Assembly: GCA_048013815.1 (NCBI GenBank)
Contig: CM106585.1
Coordinates: forward strand, 13,950,001-14,014,000
Direction of reading: 5' to 3'
Length of the DNA: 64,000 nt
DNA from: Setoptus koraiensis
Lineage: Eukaryota; Animalia; Arthropoda
Part shown: in pieces, positions 25,953 to 38,703 of the stretch
How the letters are laid out: each line of letters opens with the position of its first letter
Numbering within the stretch: position 1 is the stretch's first letter
Notes under the pieces: model-generated
What the model saw: the letters and a program-made list of their open reading frames with translations, nothing else
Database searches by the model: none
Told to the model about the DNA's origin: nothing
Position numbers and translations under genes: made by a program

Positions 25953-27897
25953 AGCGGCGCCACTCGGCGCGACGGGCCAGAGACGAGCCGGCGTGCAGGT
26001 AATTAGCTGGCCGCGGCTTATTATCGACTTATTACGGCTTAATTAGGCCGCAATAAGCCTGTGCCCGTCTCACCTTGCCGAGTGATTATTGCGATCGCTG
26101 ATTGCGTACGCACAGTGTTCCACAGTGTTGCAATCCACTTCGATACACACACAGGTGAGCTCGATGCGCCGGATTATTACATCATGCCTCACTAATGACC
26201 GATAACTTGTGGTGTGAAAACTGTTTCGGCGCCCGACGGGAACCCGCGGCTCGCTGACGGCTCTGTGGTGGCTCTGTGATGGCTCTGTGATTGCGCGCTG
26301 AGGGGTGCGCGATCACAGAGCCACCACAGCTCGCGGATCGGGCTCGCTGTCGGCGGAATGCTCGCCGGCTTCTCTGGCTCGTCTCGGTCGCGTCCGCCGG
26401 TCGCACCGGCTGGCCGGACGAGCCCGAGAGCGGCGATTTAGCGCCGGTTCCTGTGTGACCGCTGGCCAGTCAGCTGAACTTGATTGGGCCCGGCGACGGG
26501 CGAGCAGTGAGGCGCCAGCCAGCGCCATGAAAGCGCTGTGTCGGTCGGTCGCGCGGATTCAAGCACCTAGCGCTGCCGCTGCAATCGCCATTGGCCGGCG
26601 TTTGAGTCATCATGTTGCAACACAATTGATGATATTAACTACTTTTAATAAGTGGCAAAAGTTGGAGCTGCCAGTCACGCGATCCATCGACGAGCGGCCG
26701 GTGTCGAGCTTCTTCTCGAATTGCTACTATGCGCCGCGATGGAAATTCGAAGCTTCTGATGGCCGTGATCTGACAGTTTGCTGTTGCGCGGCCAATCGGC
26801 AGACGAAGGCATTGCGATTTGGCCGGCGCAATTGGCAGCATCGGCCAATTGCAGCGCCGGCCAAAGCGAGTCTGGCCAGCGATTACAGTCTGGCCAGCGC
26901 ACAATGGAGTTCGCGAGCGATATTCAAGTTCAGGTGAGAATGTTTAAATTTTAAACTTTGAAATTGGCCAGCGACCGGCGCACTGAGCGAGCCATTATTG
27001 GGACAAGTGCAACAATTGCAATTGCGATTGCGCCAAATACCATCGAATGGCCAAATAGCATCGAACGAAGCCAAATAAAGTGGTCGAGGAAATAACACAT
27101 CTATATGGCTGTTCATTGCACTCACCTGGCCGCCGAGAGTGTCTCTGGCGAGCGTGTGCCTTACCTGTGCGACCGGCGTCATCATGACGAGCCAATTTTC
27201 GTCTGGCCGCCACTTCCTGCTGTCGGCATGGCTCCGACAGCAACAACATCAACAACTACAGCCGACAGCAACAGCAACAACGACAACAACAGCAGCCGAC
27301 AGCAACAACGACAACAACAACAGCCGACAGCAACAACGACAACAACAACAGCCGACAGCAACAACATCAACAACAACAGCCGACAGCAACAACATCAACA
27401 ACAACAACAGCGATTCCGACAACAACAACGACAGCAACAATCGCTCAGCTGACGGCCACTTAATAGATGACATTGACCCTATAGTGCACTGACAGATATA
27501 GAGCGCTCGCAGCGCCGGTAAACCACAGCCGGCCCGTCCTATATGGCCGGCGTCGATCGACGCCGGCCCGCACAATGGCCTGCGGTCGGCTCGGCGCGCC
27601 GATGGGCCAATTATGCACGCTAATCACTCGGCATGGCACATCCCGGAGCGGCCGCCAATTTGAGCCGACCGGAGCCGACCAGAGCCGACCGGAGCCGACC
27701 AGAGCCGACCGGAGCCGCTCCGGGGTGCGCATGTCGGGCCGAGCGGCAGCCACAAGTGCGAGCGGCGGTCACAAGAGTGGCAAGTGTCGGAATTGATGAA
27801 ATGCCCACTTAGTCGTCGGGTCATCGCTGTGCGGCGGGCGCGCGCGGCCAGGCGTCTCGGGCGGGCGGCGCGCCAATCTCCGCCGCCAACCGATGCG

Positions 27898-27978
27898 CCA
27901 TCGAGCGGCCATCGAGCGGCCATCGAGCGGCCATCGAGCGGCCATCGAGCGGCCATCGAGCGGCCATCGAGCGGCCAT
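27898..27978. repeat. 11-nt tandem repeat x7 (CCATCGAGCGG)
   Basis: Read directly. Confidence 0.92.
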
Positions 27979-30900
27979 TGTGCGGCCGGCCGGCCAGTCA
28001 GGCACAGAGTGGCGGCTCAACGGGCCGCACAATGGCGCATCGGTTCGCGGACGGTCGGCGGACAGTCGGCGGATTCTCGGCGGATTCTCGGCGGATTCTC
28101 GGCGCATAGTCGGCGCATAGCAGGCCCAATTGGCGCGTTGGCCAATGTGCCAATGTGCGACCAAACAACGGCCGCTCGCATTAGCCGGCATCTCGGGTTT
28201 AATATGGCGGATATAATGCGAGATTGCCAGACGAGTCGCCAATCCACTAATCACAATCCTCATTACTAAATATACACTTGGCTCGGGCCGATTGGCGCGA
28301 TTGCACAGTCACGCGATTTTCTATTCTCTTCTCTGGCGTCTCAATTCTCATAATAAACAACAATGTTGTCTCGTCTGTCGTCCTCGAGGAAGCCACTTAT
28401 TTCGCTCTCTCTCTCTCTCTGCGTCTATTCTCTCGCTTAGACGCCGACCGACGGCGCTGCCAGCAACCTCGGTCCTTTTTCAACAGGTAGCATTGACTTT
28501 GCGCCGCACTTCAATCTGCGCTCGCCCGTCGTCGGCTTCGAATCGCGGGCTTCGAATCGCGGGCTTCGAACTGCCGGCTTCGAACTGCCGGCTTCGCAGG
28601 CCACGAATTCAAATTCAAGTTTGCGGCCAGATTTAAATTTGAATGCGAACACAAGCGCAAGTTAAATTTGAATTCGGACAACAAATCGGCCCGCCGATAG
28701 ACTGGCGCAGCTCTGCGGTGCGCCGTCAATACAAATCCGGCATCCACTGGCATCGACAAGCGGCCCGCGTCGTCGGCTGCGATGTCGCCTCGGCGGCAGC
28801 GCCGAGCTTACGTAACAGGCCGCCGGTCGCATTGCCGAGCCGACCATTGCGCACATCGCACAACAAACAGAGCTAACACAGAGAGAGAGAAAAGAAGAGT
28901 GGTCGCCCGGTGGCGCTAATCGCCACTCTATATTGCCGCAATATTATTGCGCAATCGCTGGCTAGAGCTGGCTATTTCACGCGATTCATCGCAAATGTGA
29001 TTGCGCAATATCTGTGCTCGCAAGTTGGTGCCGCTGGTCGCTCTACAGGTGGCGCGCCGGCCCGCGGACCCCTGTGTGAGCTGGCTCTTTCGGCCTAGCG
29101 GGTTGGCCGGCTGTGCGGGTTGGCTGGCTGTCGGGTTGGCTGGCTGTCGGGTTGGCTGTCGGAGTCAGCGGTTGGCGCGAGCGCTGGCCCGAGGCCGCCT
29201 CGGGCGGCCAACGCGACGGACGCGAGCAGTCGAGACGGGAGCGCGAACGAGCGGCCCGGCAGCGAGAGAGCGGCCGAGCGGCGCGAACGAGCGGCCCGGC
29301 AGCGCGAGAGAGCAACCCTTCAGCGGCGTGTAATTTATATCTTAATATAGCCGTCAAAAGATGATGGCCGCTGCCGGGCGCACAGGTAGGCAGCCAGGGA
29401 CAGGTAGGCAGCGAGGGACAGGTAGACAGAGAGCGACGGGCGAGCAACAGGTCGGCTGATATGAGAATGAGAGCGCTGTGGCCGAGTCTCTCGGTTGATC
29501 CCGTCAGAGCGTCAGAGCGTTTTGACAAGAGCGTTGAGTGGAATCGCCCACGGGCTCGCAAAGAAGCCACGACGAGATGCAAATTGGCCGGCCAGAGAGC
29601 CAGGGCTGGCGGACAGCAAAAGCTCATTTGATCGAGGGCAGCGAGCGTTCGAGCAAATGGCGCAAATGGAGCAAGTTGGACAAGTGAGCCAGTTGGACGA
29701 GTGAGCCAGTTGGACGAGTGAGCCAATTGGGCAAGTGAGCGATTCGAGCAAATTGGGCAAGTGAGCGAGTTGCTGGCTGTTTGTTGTTTGCGCTAACGAG
29801 CGGCCAGCTCGAGAAACAAAAACAGTGAGAAACAGAGAAACAAACAAAGAGTTAATTGCGAATTGAGGAGCTGCGAATTGGTGCAATTCGCAGCTCAGCG
29901 CAAGCCACTGTCCGTCAGTTTTATTGGCCATCAAGCAACCGCTGGCCGCCAGATAAACGACCTTCATAAATTACGCAAATTTCAATTCGCAACAACAACA
30001 ACAACAACGGCGGCGGCCACTGCTGGTCAGTTTCGGTTTCACAAGTGTCAGTTCGAACTGGAACTGGAATTCAATTTCAATTTCTCGCTCGTTTTCAGCA
30101 AACTTGCGCCATCTTGGGCGCCCGTTTCAAATTGAAATCTTTCCCGAAAAGACTTTCGACGGATTCTGTTGAGGGGATTCTTTCGCAGGCTGCCCATGCC
30201 GGCAAGTGCGCGTCTCCATGACAATCGCCCCCACAATCGCCTGTTGCTGGTGACTCAATCAAGTTCAGGTCGCGGCCATGAGATAATCATCTAACCGAGT
30301 GGCGAGAGAATCAATCATTTGCGGCCGATGATTAGTGCTGCTGCTCGATTGTTCGCTTCGATTTATCCAAAAATTTATCCAATTATTTATCCAAAAATAC
30401 GCCAAATGTACGCGCCGCGTATGCAAATAACTCGCGCTCGCATTATCAGTAATTTATTGCCCTCATCGGCGTGCCTGTCAGATAATGGCCGCGATATTGC
30501 GGTTATTATTTCACGAAACTCGGCATCATTATTCATTATCATTCACCTGTGCCAATGGGCCAGATTTGAGATATCGCTCAACAATGTCGGTCGGTGCCAT
30601 CGGGCGACACTAGCGACAGATGAGCGGCTCACACTGGCCGAGCAACTTGTCGGCGGTGTGCGGGCGACACTGCACGGGCCGGCCCGCGCGCGCACAGCGG
30701 CCAGCGTATCGGGCGCATCATCAGCTGGGTCAACTGGGCGACCGGGCATCGGTGGCCCAGTTTTGCGCCGCGCCGACTCTGGTTCGGCCGGAGTTTGCAC
30801 GCCACAAACTCTGGGCAAACTCTGGCAAAACTGTGCGCCTGCCGAGCTGATACCGGGCCGACCGGATTGAGCGGCGGCCGTCGCAACATCTCATTATCAT

Positions 30901-31539
30901 AATATCATAATATCATAACGCCGTCATGACGCTCAATATTGACGTCTCAATCTGAGCCAATCTCGACGCAACAATCAAGAGAGGCGGCGGTTGGCAGTTT
31001 ATTTGGCAGTTAGTGCGGCGCAGTGGTCGCTAATGACGACTACTGTGTGTGGTCAGGCCGCTCAAATGGTCACTTATCGCCGGCCGCCCGATTGGATAAT
31101 TATCTTTTTATTTTATTTTTACCTTTTTACATTTTCGCATTTTGGCATTTTGGCATTTTGGCATTTTCACATTTTACCTTTTTGCTTGCTCGAAAATGCT
31201 CGAACGCAAACGGCGCACAAACAGAGATCGTTTGGAAGCGATGAAAATGATTATCAGCATCATTAATTCTCAACTTATTACCCCTGGCCACCCCGCTCGC
31301 AACATCGATGCGCGCTTCCGAATTATCGGCCGGCATCTCTGGCGCACTCAGCGCAAGCTCGCCCGGCGACGACGACAACGACAACGACACGGTCACACAA
31401 CAACCACAGCACAGGTAAGCAACACTTACCTGTCTGCTCACCTGTGCTGGCAACGGGCACAAGCAAACGAACGGACAGATAGGCGGCTCACACGAATTCG
31501 GCGATTTGCGATGCTCGCCAATGCAAACACACGCCAGAC

Positions 31540-31640
31540 AGATACAAATGATACAGCAATAACATACAAATGATACAGCGATCGCATACAAATCATACAG
31601 CAATCGCATACAAATGATACAGCAATCGCATACAAATGAT
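31540..31640. repeat. 22-nt tandem repeat (AAATGATACAGCAATCGCATAC)n
   Basis: Read directly; units degenerate. Confidence 0.8.
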
Positions 31641-34430
31641 AATGCAATAACACACACACACAAACAAATGATGGCAAGCGTATAATTATTCAGCGTCGTC
31701 GACAGTTGATGGTCATCGTGCTGTCGACAGCCAATGGTCACTAATAAAGTCATTAGTGGTCTTGTCGATATGTCCGCGCGCGAGCGCGGCCTCTTCGCGG
31801 CCATCGCTGGCTAGCCAGCGACCGATCGGCCCGGCGACTGGCCGCCTCTGGCCGCTTCTGGCCGCGACTCTGGCTACGATTGTGGCCGGTCGACGGGCCG
31901 GCGATTGCGGCGGAGCGAGCACAAATTTGTTCGGTGTGCAACAGTTTGCGCAGCCGCGCAAACGTAAAAATGTGTCTCTCGCATCTTGCCAGATGATGCA
32001 GATGATTGATGGTCTCGGCGCTTCGCTGGCTTGTTTTTAGTAATTAATCGCTAATTGGCTGCGCGCTGCGCAGTGTCCAGCGGCCGACGGTGGCCGTGAT
32101 AACAAGTCGCCGAACAAGAACAAGCACAGGAACAAGCCAAAAGTGAGTGACTGGCATGGCCAGATATTCAAATTTCAAATCATCACATTTCAAATTTCGA
32201 ATCATCGCATTTCGAATCATCGCTCGCTCATGTTCGTTTGTTCGCGCTGGCATGTGCGCCTCGTTAGCGCAAATGCCAACGCTGACACTGTCAGCAGATT
32301 AATCATTTTTCGCCGCTGTCCACACACGTACTCTGGCCAGCACTGTCATGTATGAATGTGTTTATGAAAGTATATTCACCAGATATTCACTAGATTTATG
32401 ATGAAATGAGCGGTCGCTAAATTGCATTGAATCGCTCGGCCGACCAGCTGTCTTGACTCAAGACTCTTGAGTGGCGATAAATTAACGTGTGTGGCGACAT
32501 TTACGTTTGGCCCCAACGCTCGATTGTGGCTGCAAATTGGCCCCGTTGGCCGCACAAATCCGCACAAATGCGCACAAATCGATCGATTTGTGGCTGCCCG
32601 TCGCGCCAAATCGCACAAAACTCGGCAGAGAAGTTCCCAAATGCGACCAGTTCCACCTCTGAGCGTTTCTCGCGGGCGGCGCTTCAACTGTCCACCGTCT
32701 CACAGCAGCTCTCAACTTTTGTCCATCGATTATCGACTCGCGACGCCCTCTTAATCGCTGTTTCCGGCGAACGGGCGCAAACAAGAGCGAGCGGACAAGA
32801 GCGAGCGGACAGGAATAAGCTGCAGCCCGAATGAGAGTAAGCTGCCATTTACCGTTAATTATGCGCGATTGTGCGGCTATAATTAGTGGTAGCTCCACCA
32901 CCCACTTGAGATGGCCGGACACCATTGAAACGACTGACCATTTAAGCAACTGACCATTCAAACAAGCGAACATTCAAACAACTGACCATTCAAGCAACTG
33001 GCCGTGATTAGTAAGTGATGATTTGGCCAGCAACTCAGCTCATTGGACGGTGGCACGCAAATTCAATTGACCACTCCGACGATTGGCCATTTGAGAAATC
33101 GCCTGTTGCCGATAGGAGCCAATCGGCGCAAAATGGGCGCAAAAATGACCGCTACTCACTGCGGCGACCAACGAGCGGCTGGCTCCAATTCAATAATCGG
33201 TACACGACACAACGAGCAGAAACAAGCCGAAACAAGCCGAAACAAACAGAAACAAGCCGAAACAAACAGAAACAAACGGCCCGAAGCGTGTGCAAACAAA
33301 CCATTTCGATGGCCAAATTACGAGTCGCCGATTATGAATTGCCGTTGAACCGGCCGACAGCGCCAACGAAAACTTGATACACGGGCGCCAAATTAGCATA
33401 TATCACACGAACACGAACACGAACGAGCGACGGCGCGCAAGCACAATTTCGCTCGCAATAAAATAGCTCGGCTCACAGTTTATTTATCACAGTTTCGCCG
33501 GCAAGCTCGCCGACTGGAAGGCCGCGCGGCTGTCGTCGCAGTGCCAGACGGGGCTGGCTGGCGGCTGGCTGGCGGCTGGCGAGAAAAAACGGCCCAGCGA
33601 GCCGAGTGTTGCGAAAATTGATACGATGGCCCGATTTGTGGCGCCCACCAGTGACAGCGTTGTGAGCAAAGGCACAATTAGCGGGCATCGGCAGGCAGTT
33701 TGCGATTAGCCGATTAGCAAATTATCGCCCGTTGTCGACAGAGAGCGGCAAAAAACAAGCGATTCGCCGACAAGTGCGTACAACTGTTGTTTGTGTGGTT
33801 CGTTTTGCCTAGTCTCGTTGCGCTCAACTGACGTTTGCGTCGATTGCGCGGCCGCGGCTTGTCGGTGCGTATCCCGTCGGGGTGTGTATTACGATGAGTT
33901 TTGCGGGCCGGCCGACCGGCGGCCAGCAATCGAGCGGCCAACAAATAAAACAAGCGAGATAACAAACAAAACAAGCCCGAGAAACAGCCAGAGACACAGC
34001 CCGAGAAACAGCCAGAGACACAGCAAACAGCAGATATGCATGTAATCGTGGCGCTTTCATTGGATCAGCAGCAAAAACAGAGACGCTCGTAATTAATTGA
34101 TTGTTGGCGTGCAGTACCTCTGGCATATCGCACACCATATAGCACCCATTCTGGGACTGTTGCAACCTGTTTGCATCAGCACCGGGCTGGCATTGCGAAA
34201 TTTGCCAGCGTGCCAGCGTTGCCAGAATTTAGAGTCTTGCCAGTCGGGCGAGTGTTGCCAGTGCGACGAGAGAGCCACATGATGGCAAACATGTCAGGTA
34301 TGACATTAGATACAGGTATTATCAGGTAATGCGAGCGCCATTTGCATACGCACTCCGACTGTCTGAGTCAGACAGGTTCTCGTTGGCGAGCAACGATTGC
34401 TTGTGTTTGTTTATATTTGCCGTAGCTGGC

Positions 34431-34481
34431 TGTTGGATATAAATGTTGGATATAAATGTTGGATATAAATGTTGGATATAA
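34431..34481. repeat. 13-nt tandem repeat x4 (TGTTGGATATAAA)
   Basis: Read directly. Confidence 0.88.
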
Positions 34482-37400
34482 TGAAATCGCAGTAAAGTCG
34501 CATACAAGACGACAAAGTAGTTCAAGGCGCCACTTACGCAAAATAAGTTGCGTCGCCAGCGACACACTGCGGCGCCTATTCAATCAGTCATCGGCTCACT
34601 GGGCGCCCATGTGACCGGATATTGGCGTGCATTTGACCAGAATTGCATTTGGTCGTGCTCTGTCTCTGGTACTGGCCGTTTCACTTTCCAACCGAAAGCT
34701 CTCTCTACGCCAAGTCCAGTTTATCCTCTCAGGCTGAGAGTCTCAGCTGTCAGATATATGACAACAATTCAACAACAAACGCACAGGATCCCAGCTGAAT
34801 TGTTCAGATCGCGTGCTTGGCAGCACAAGGTCCGATTAATAATTTTTTGGAAAAATTATTAATCACACCCATACAGCCAAGCCAGTCTGAAGGAATTTTC
34901 ATCGGGGGCCTGTGACTTGTTTTGAGGTACTCTCATGGCCGAGATCTGAGTGTCGCTACAGCTCACTTGAGCCTTGACTTGCATACAACAAACATCTCAC
35001 AGCTAAAGCGTCATCAGTATATCTTGTGCATCGAGTATCAGTATACTACTGTATCAGTAGTTTGTGTCGAATTGACGATTTTGTGGTTACATAAGCGAGA
35101 CCGGTGGCGCCCTCTAAACACGGTCAACTTGACTTGTGCATGAGTTGAGCCAGTTGAGTGTCGGTCAGCATACTGCTCGAGGAACGACGCTATCACATGC
35201 CGGCGGGGCCAGCAATCTAGTTTCGATGGCTAGATAATTCACGCAGATAACGGCATTCAGACAATCAGAGGCTTATTTCAATTAATTGGGGCCACTCAAA
35301 ATGGTGTGATTTAGCGCGACATCATAGGGGTGCAAGCTCAAAAAGTTGGTCACAACGTGTCAGCTAGAGTGAAGGCTCGATAGTTGGAGACGTTCGAAAA
35401 TAATGATTGAGGTGCTGTAAATTGTATCATTTTTGTTTTTGATATTCATCGCGTCATTTGTTTTTTTTTTTTGTTCCGGTGACGTGAGTTATGACTCATG
35501 CCGGCATTGTGCCCCACGACGAGCAACAGCGCCCTGTCACGACGCGTCTAGACGCCTACAAACAAGCAGTTTTTTTTATTTTGTTTTATGCATTTTAAAT
35601 GGTGGCAACAGATGCGAGAATTCAAGTTCAACGCGACAACAACACAACTCTCCATGTTGCAACATTTGAAAACACATAATTGATATGGCGCGACACAGAG
35701 CGGTATGCAGATAAATTGACTGAGAGAGAGAGGGGCCACTCACGCTCCAAATAAACAGTGCCTGGCACCCGCAATGTTATAAACAAACAAACTGTCTTGC
35801 CAGCAGCCAGTCATAAGTTTATACGTTTGTTTATAATGATTGCGCAACACTGCTGCTGCGATGATCTCGGCGCGATGATCACGGCGCGATGATCACGGCG
35901 CGTAATGCGAATCGTGTACGATCTTGACAGCGCGACGATGATCGGGATACTACTGAATAAAACAGAATAATACTTATTCGGGACGAACGGGCCGTAGTGG
36001 AGCTTGACACTCGCACTGTGCTGGCGTGTACATGTGATTATCGTTTGGTTAACCAGCTCGGCGAAATCGTCGCTGCATCACGTTGGAAATTGTCGCCTAT
36101 CATCATGATTCACAGGCTGCCTATGCCTAGACGCCTATGCCTAGACGCCGATGCCTAGACGCCGATGCCTAGACGCCGATGCCGAGCAGGCAAATGTCAC
36201 CGGCCCGCTGGCTGCTGGGTGCCGTCATCCAAGTTGCACTTGTCACGGTCGCTAGGTACGCCGCTGCTAGCGAATCGCTAGGAATGCCGAAGCAGAGCTA
36301 GCAATTGCCTAGTTGGCAATTATGCGATTAGATTGAGGCCACGCAGTTTAGGCTCGATGAGCTTCGAACTGCGGCGTTGAGCTCGTTCGAAGCTCGTTCG
36401 AGCTTCGAACGAGCCATTCAATTCAAGCTCAACGGCGAGGCGCTGCGTGGATAATTCGTTGGCCTTGGTGGGTGCACGTCAACAGCATCGGCCTGCTGGC
36501 AATCTCAAGGCGCGTTGCCTGCAGTGTCGTCGCAACTCATAGACGGCTCATGCATCACGACGATAGCGTCTCATTTCATGCCATCAAACGCATCCGTTGA
36601 AACCATTTAGTCACAGAGCAGCAGTCACTTTTGTCGTCTCGCATTGTCGTTGTCTGCCGCCAGCCAAGCTCGAAATAAAATGAATTAAAACAAAATGGCT
36701 GCACGACGGCGGCGCAACAATCGCAAAAATCCACTACAAACTGTCGCGAAATAGTGAGAAATCTCTCTCGCTCCCTCGCTAACTCGCTCCCTCGGTGCAG
36801 TGAGCTAAATCTTAATTAGAGCCAGTAGGTTTTGTTTCTAATTTGTTTGCAAGTTTAAATGCGACGGAGACGCGAACACGGCGAGCTGTGACGAAGCCGA
36901 GCGGACTTAACGATTGACTAGCTGGCGCACAATATGCTTCATTAGGACGCCAAATTCCAGCAACATTCGCAAACATATTGTTGTTGTTGTTGTTGGTGGT
37001 GTTTTTACAACTTTTGCAACACCTCGCCACTGGCTGGCTGGCTGGCCAACGTCGAGCGAGCTGGCGAAAACAAGCGCTCGCATGTGAGAGATATTGCCCG
37101 ACATGTTGCGCGATTACGTATAAATCAACCAACATGATGAATTTTGTTGTTGCCAATTGCACAGCCAGTATGAGAGAGTATGATGCCAGATAAAAGAACG
37201 CGTCACTTTCTCGGAAAGCTGCTCCGCTTGTGCCAGCGCTCGCCAAGGCCAACAACGAACAGTCTTCGTCTTGTAAACAGTAACTAGCTCGTTTGAGCGG
37301 CCAGCCAAATATTGATCAATCAATTCAGCATTATTATTGTGCTGGCCGAGCCCGAAAAGCTCGTGCCCGTCACAGATAAAACGTCCCAACGTCACGGATA

Positions 37401-38703
37401 TAAACTAGTCTCGGAATTAACTAATGAGTGTATACATTTACATAATGATAATTGATGCGCAACAGTTTGAACGGGCTCAACAACAACGACCCTATGCGCC
37501 GCCTGCCAGCAATATCATTGTATGCGAGTTATACCATCATATGTGAGTTATGCTATCATATATGAGTCGTGTTATTATATGAGCTCTTCAATTGGTGATA
37601 GCGAGACTCTGTTGGACTCAGTTCCGCTACTTTCGCTAGTGTCGCTCAACGTGCTGGCTCAAGCCACAGATGCTAATGGTGTCAAGTCTATTTATCTCTC
37701 TTCGCAGCACATTCAATTGGCGGCGATAAGTCGCAAGTGAAAGTTCAAGAGTATTGCGATTGTGCCAGTCCAATGGGACTCTCAGAGATCCCAACGCAAA
37801 TTGCTAAGAAATTGCTGAGACGAGCCGAGCCGCGACGAACCGAGCCGAGCCGAACACGATAGACAAGCTAGACAGCGGTTATAAACTGTGAGCAAACATC
37901 CAGCCCAGCGATTGTCATAATGAAAAATGAGATCTCTCGCGCCATTATTTAGCCTCAGTTATCCCCAGTGCGATGTCGATAGCGTAGCCGAGCCATTGAT
38001 TTGCGCGATGAGATGCGACCAATATAACAACAACTTCTTATATTTGTATTTGTATTTGTATTTATTATTGTGCCCGTCGTCGTCGTCGTCATCATCGAAT
38101 TAAGCTTAAGTGGCTTGCATTGGTGTCATTCGATCCACATGATTTACTATTGGCATTGTTGTTTACATCGCCATTGAGAGTTGTTGTGACGATTTCGCTC
38201 AAGCCGCTTCTTCGCCACTATATAGACAACAGAGGCATCGGCAAGTTCCTACAGCAACAGTATTGCACACCAATGAGAACAAGAACAAGATAGAAGAACA
38301 AAAACACACAAATTAAGTCTGAGAGAATAAGAATAAGACGAACAAGAAATAGTGATAGAGGTGCCATAAAAAGAGCGATACTATTACGTCATAATAGCGA
38401 CGACACTTTCTTTTTATTTATTTGACTACATTTATTCCAATTGCACATAGGCACAGATGATGATATTATTGTGAACTCAACTCCTATTACCATTGACACA
38501 ATAAACACAATAAACAATTGACAATCGACAATCGACATTAGAAATTTGACAGCCACAATCAGCACAATAATAGCAACAATAGTAGACAATTTGAAGAGTA
38601 GAAAAATTGGGGCCAAACCAACCATTTTGATCTTCGAGCTATAATTGCTTTCAACAACATTTTTTCATTTGCATAGTCAACATATCTCTGATCAACATTT
38701 ACA

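Larger units (their letters stand above)
25400..28317. promoter_or_regulatory. Three identical CAGTCACGCGAT elements (reverse complement contains XRE core TCGCGTGAC) upstream of AhR
   Basis: Exact 12-mer at 25400, 26672 and 28306; partial TTCACGCGAT at 28976. Function is inferred. Confidence 0.45.

Noticed and set aside
25875-27978. CRISPR-like arrays
   Set aside because: The repeats are head-to-tail without unique spacers, and the context is eukaryotic.
31407-31449. ACTTACCTG, identical to the U1 snRNA 5' end, inside a small inverted repeat
   Set aside because: The downstream sequence does not match U1. It is simply the reverse complement of a donor/E-box-like word.
34880-35270. RNase P RNA candidate: ATAACGGCATTCAGAC resembles CR-V, and GTCTGAA near 34885 could pair as P4
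   Set aside because: The CR-I GNAANNUC context is missing (CC where AA is required) and the spacing is long.
760-36800. Numerous 60-240 aa ORFs (poly-Q, poly-V, CVCV, RA-rich) in the track
   Set aside because: They are translations of CAA/GTT/CA microsatellites and GC-rich repeats, often from TTG/GTG starts, with no recognisable domain.
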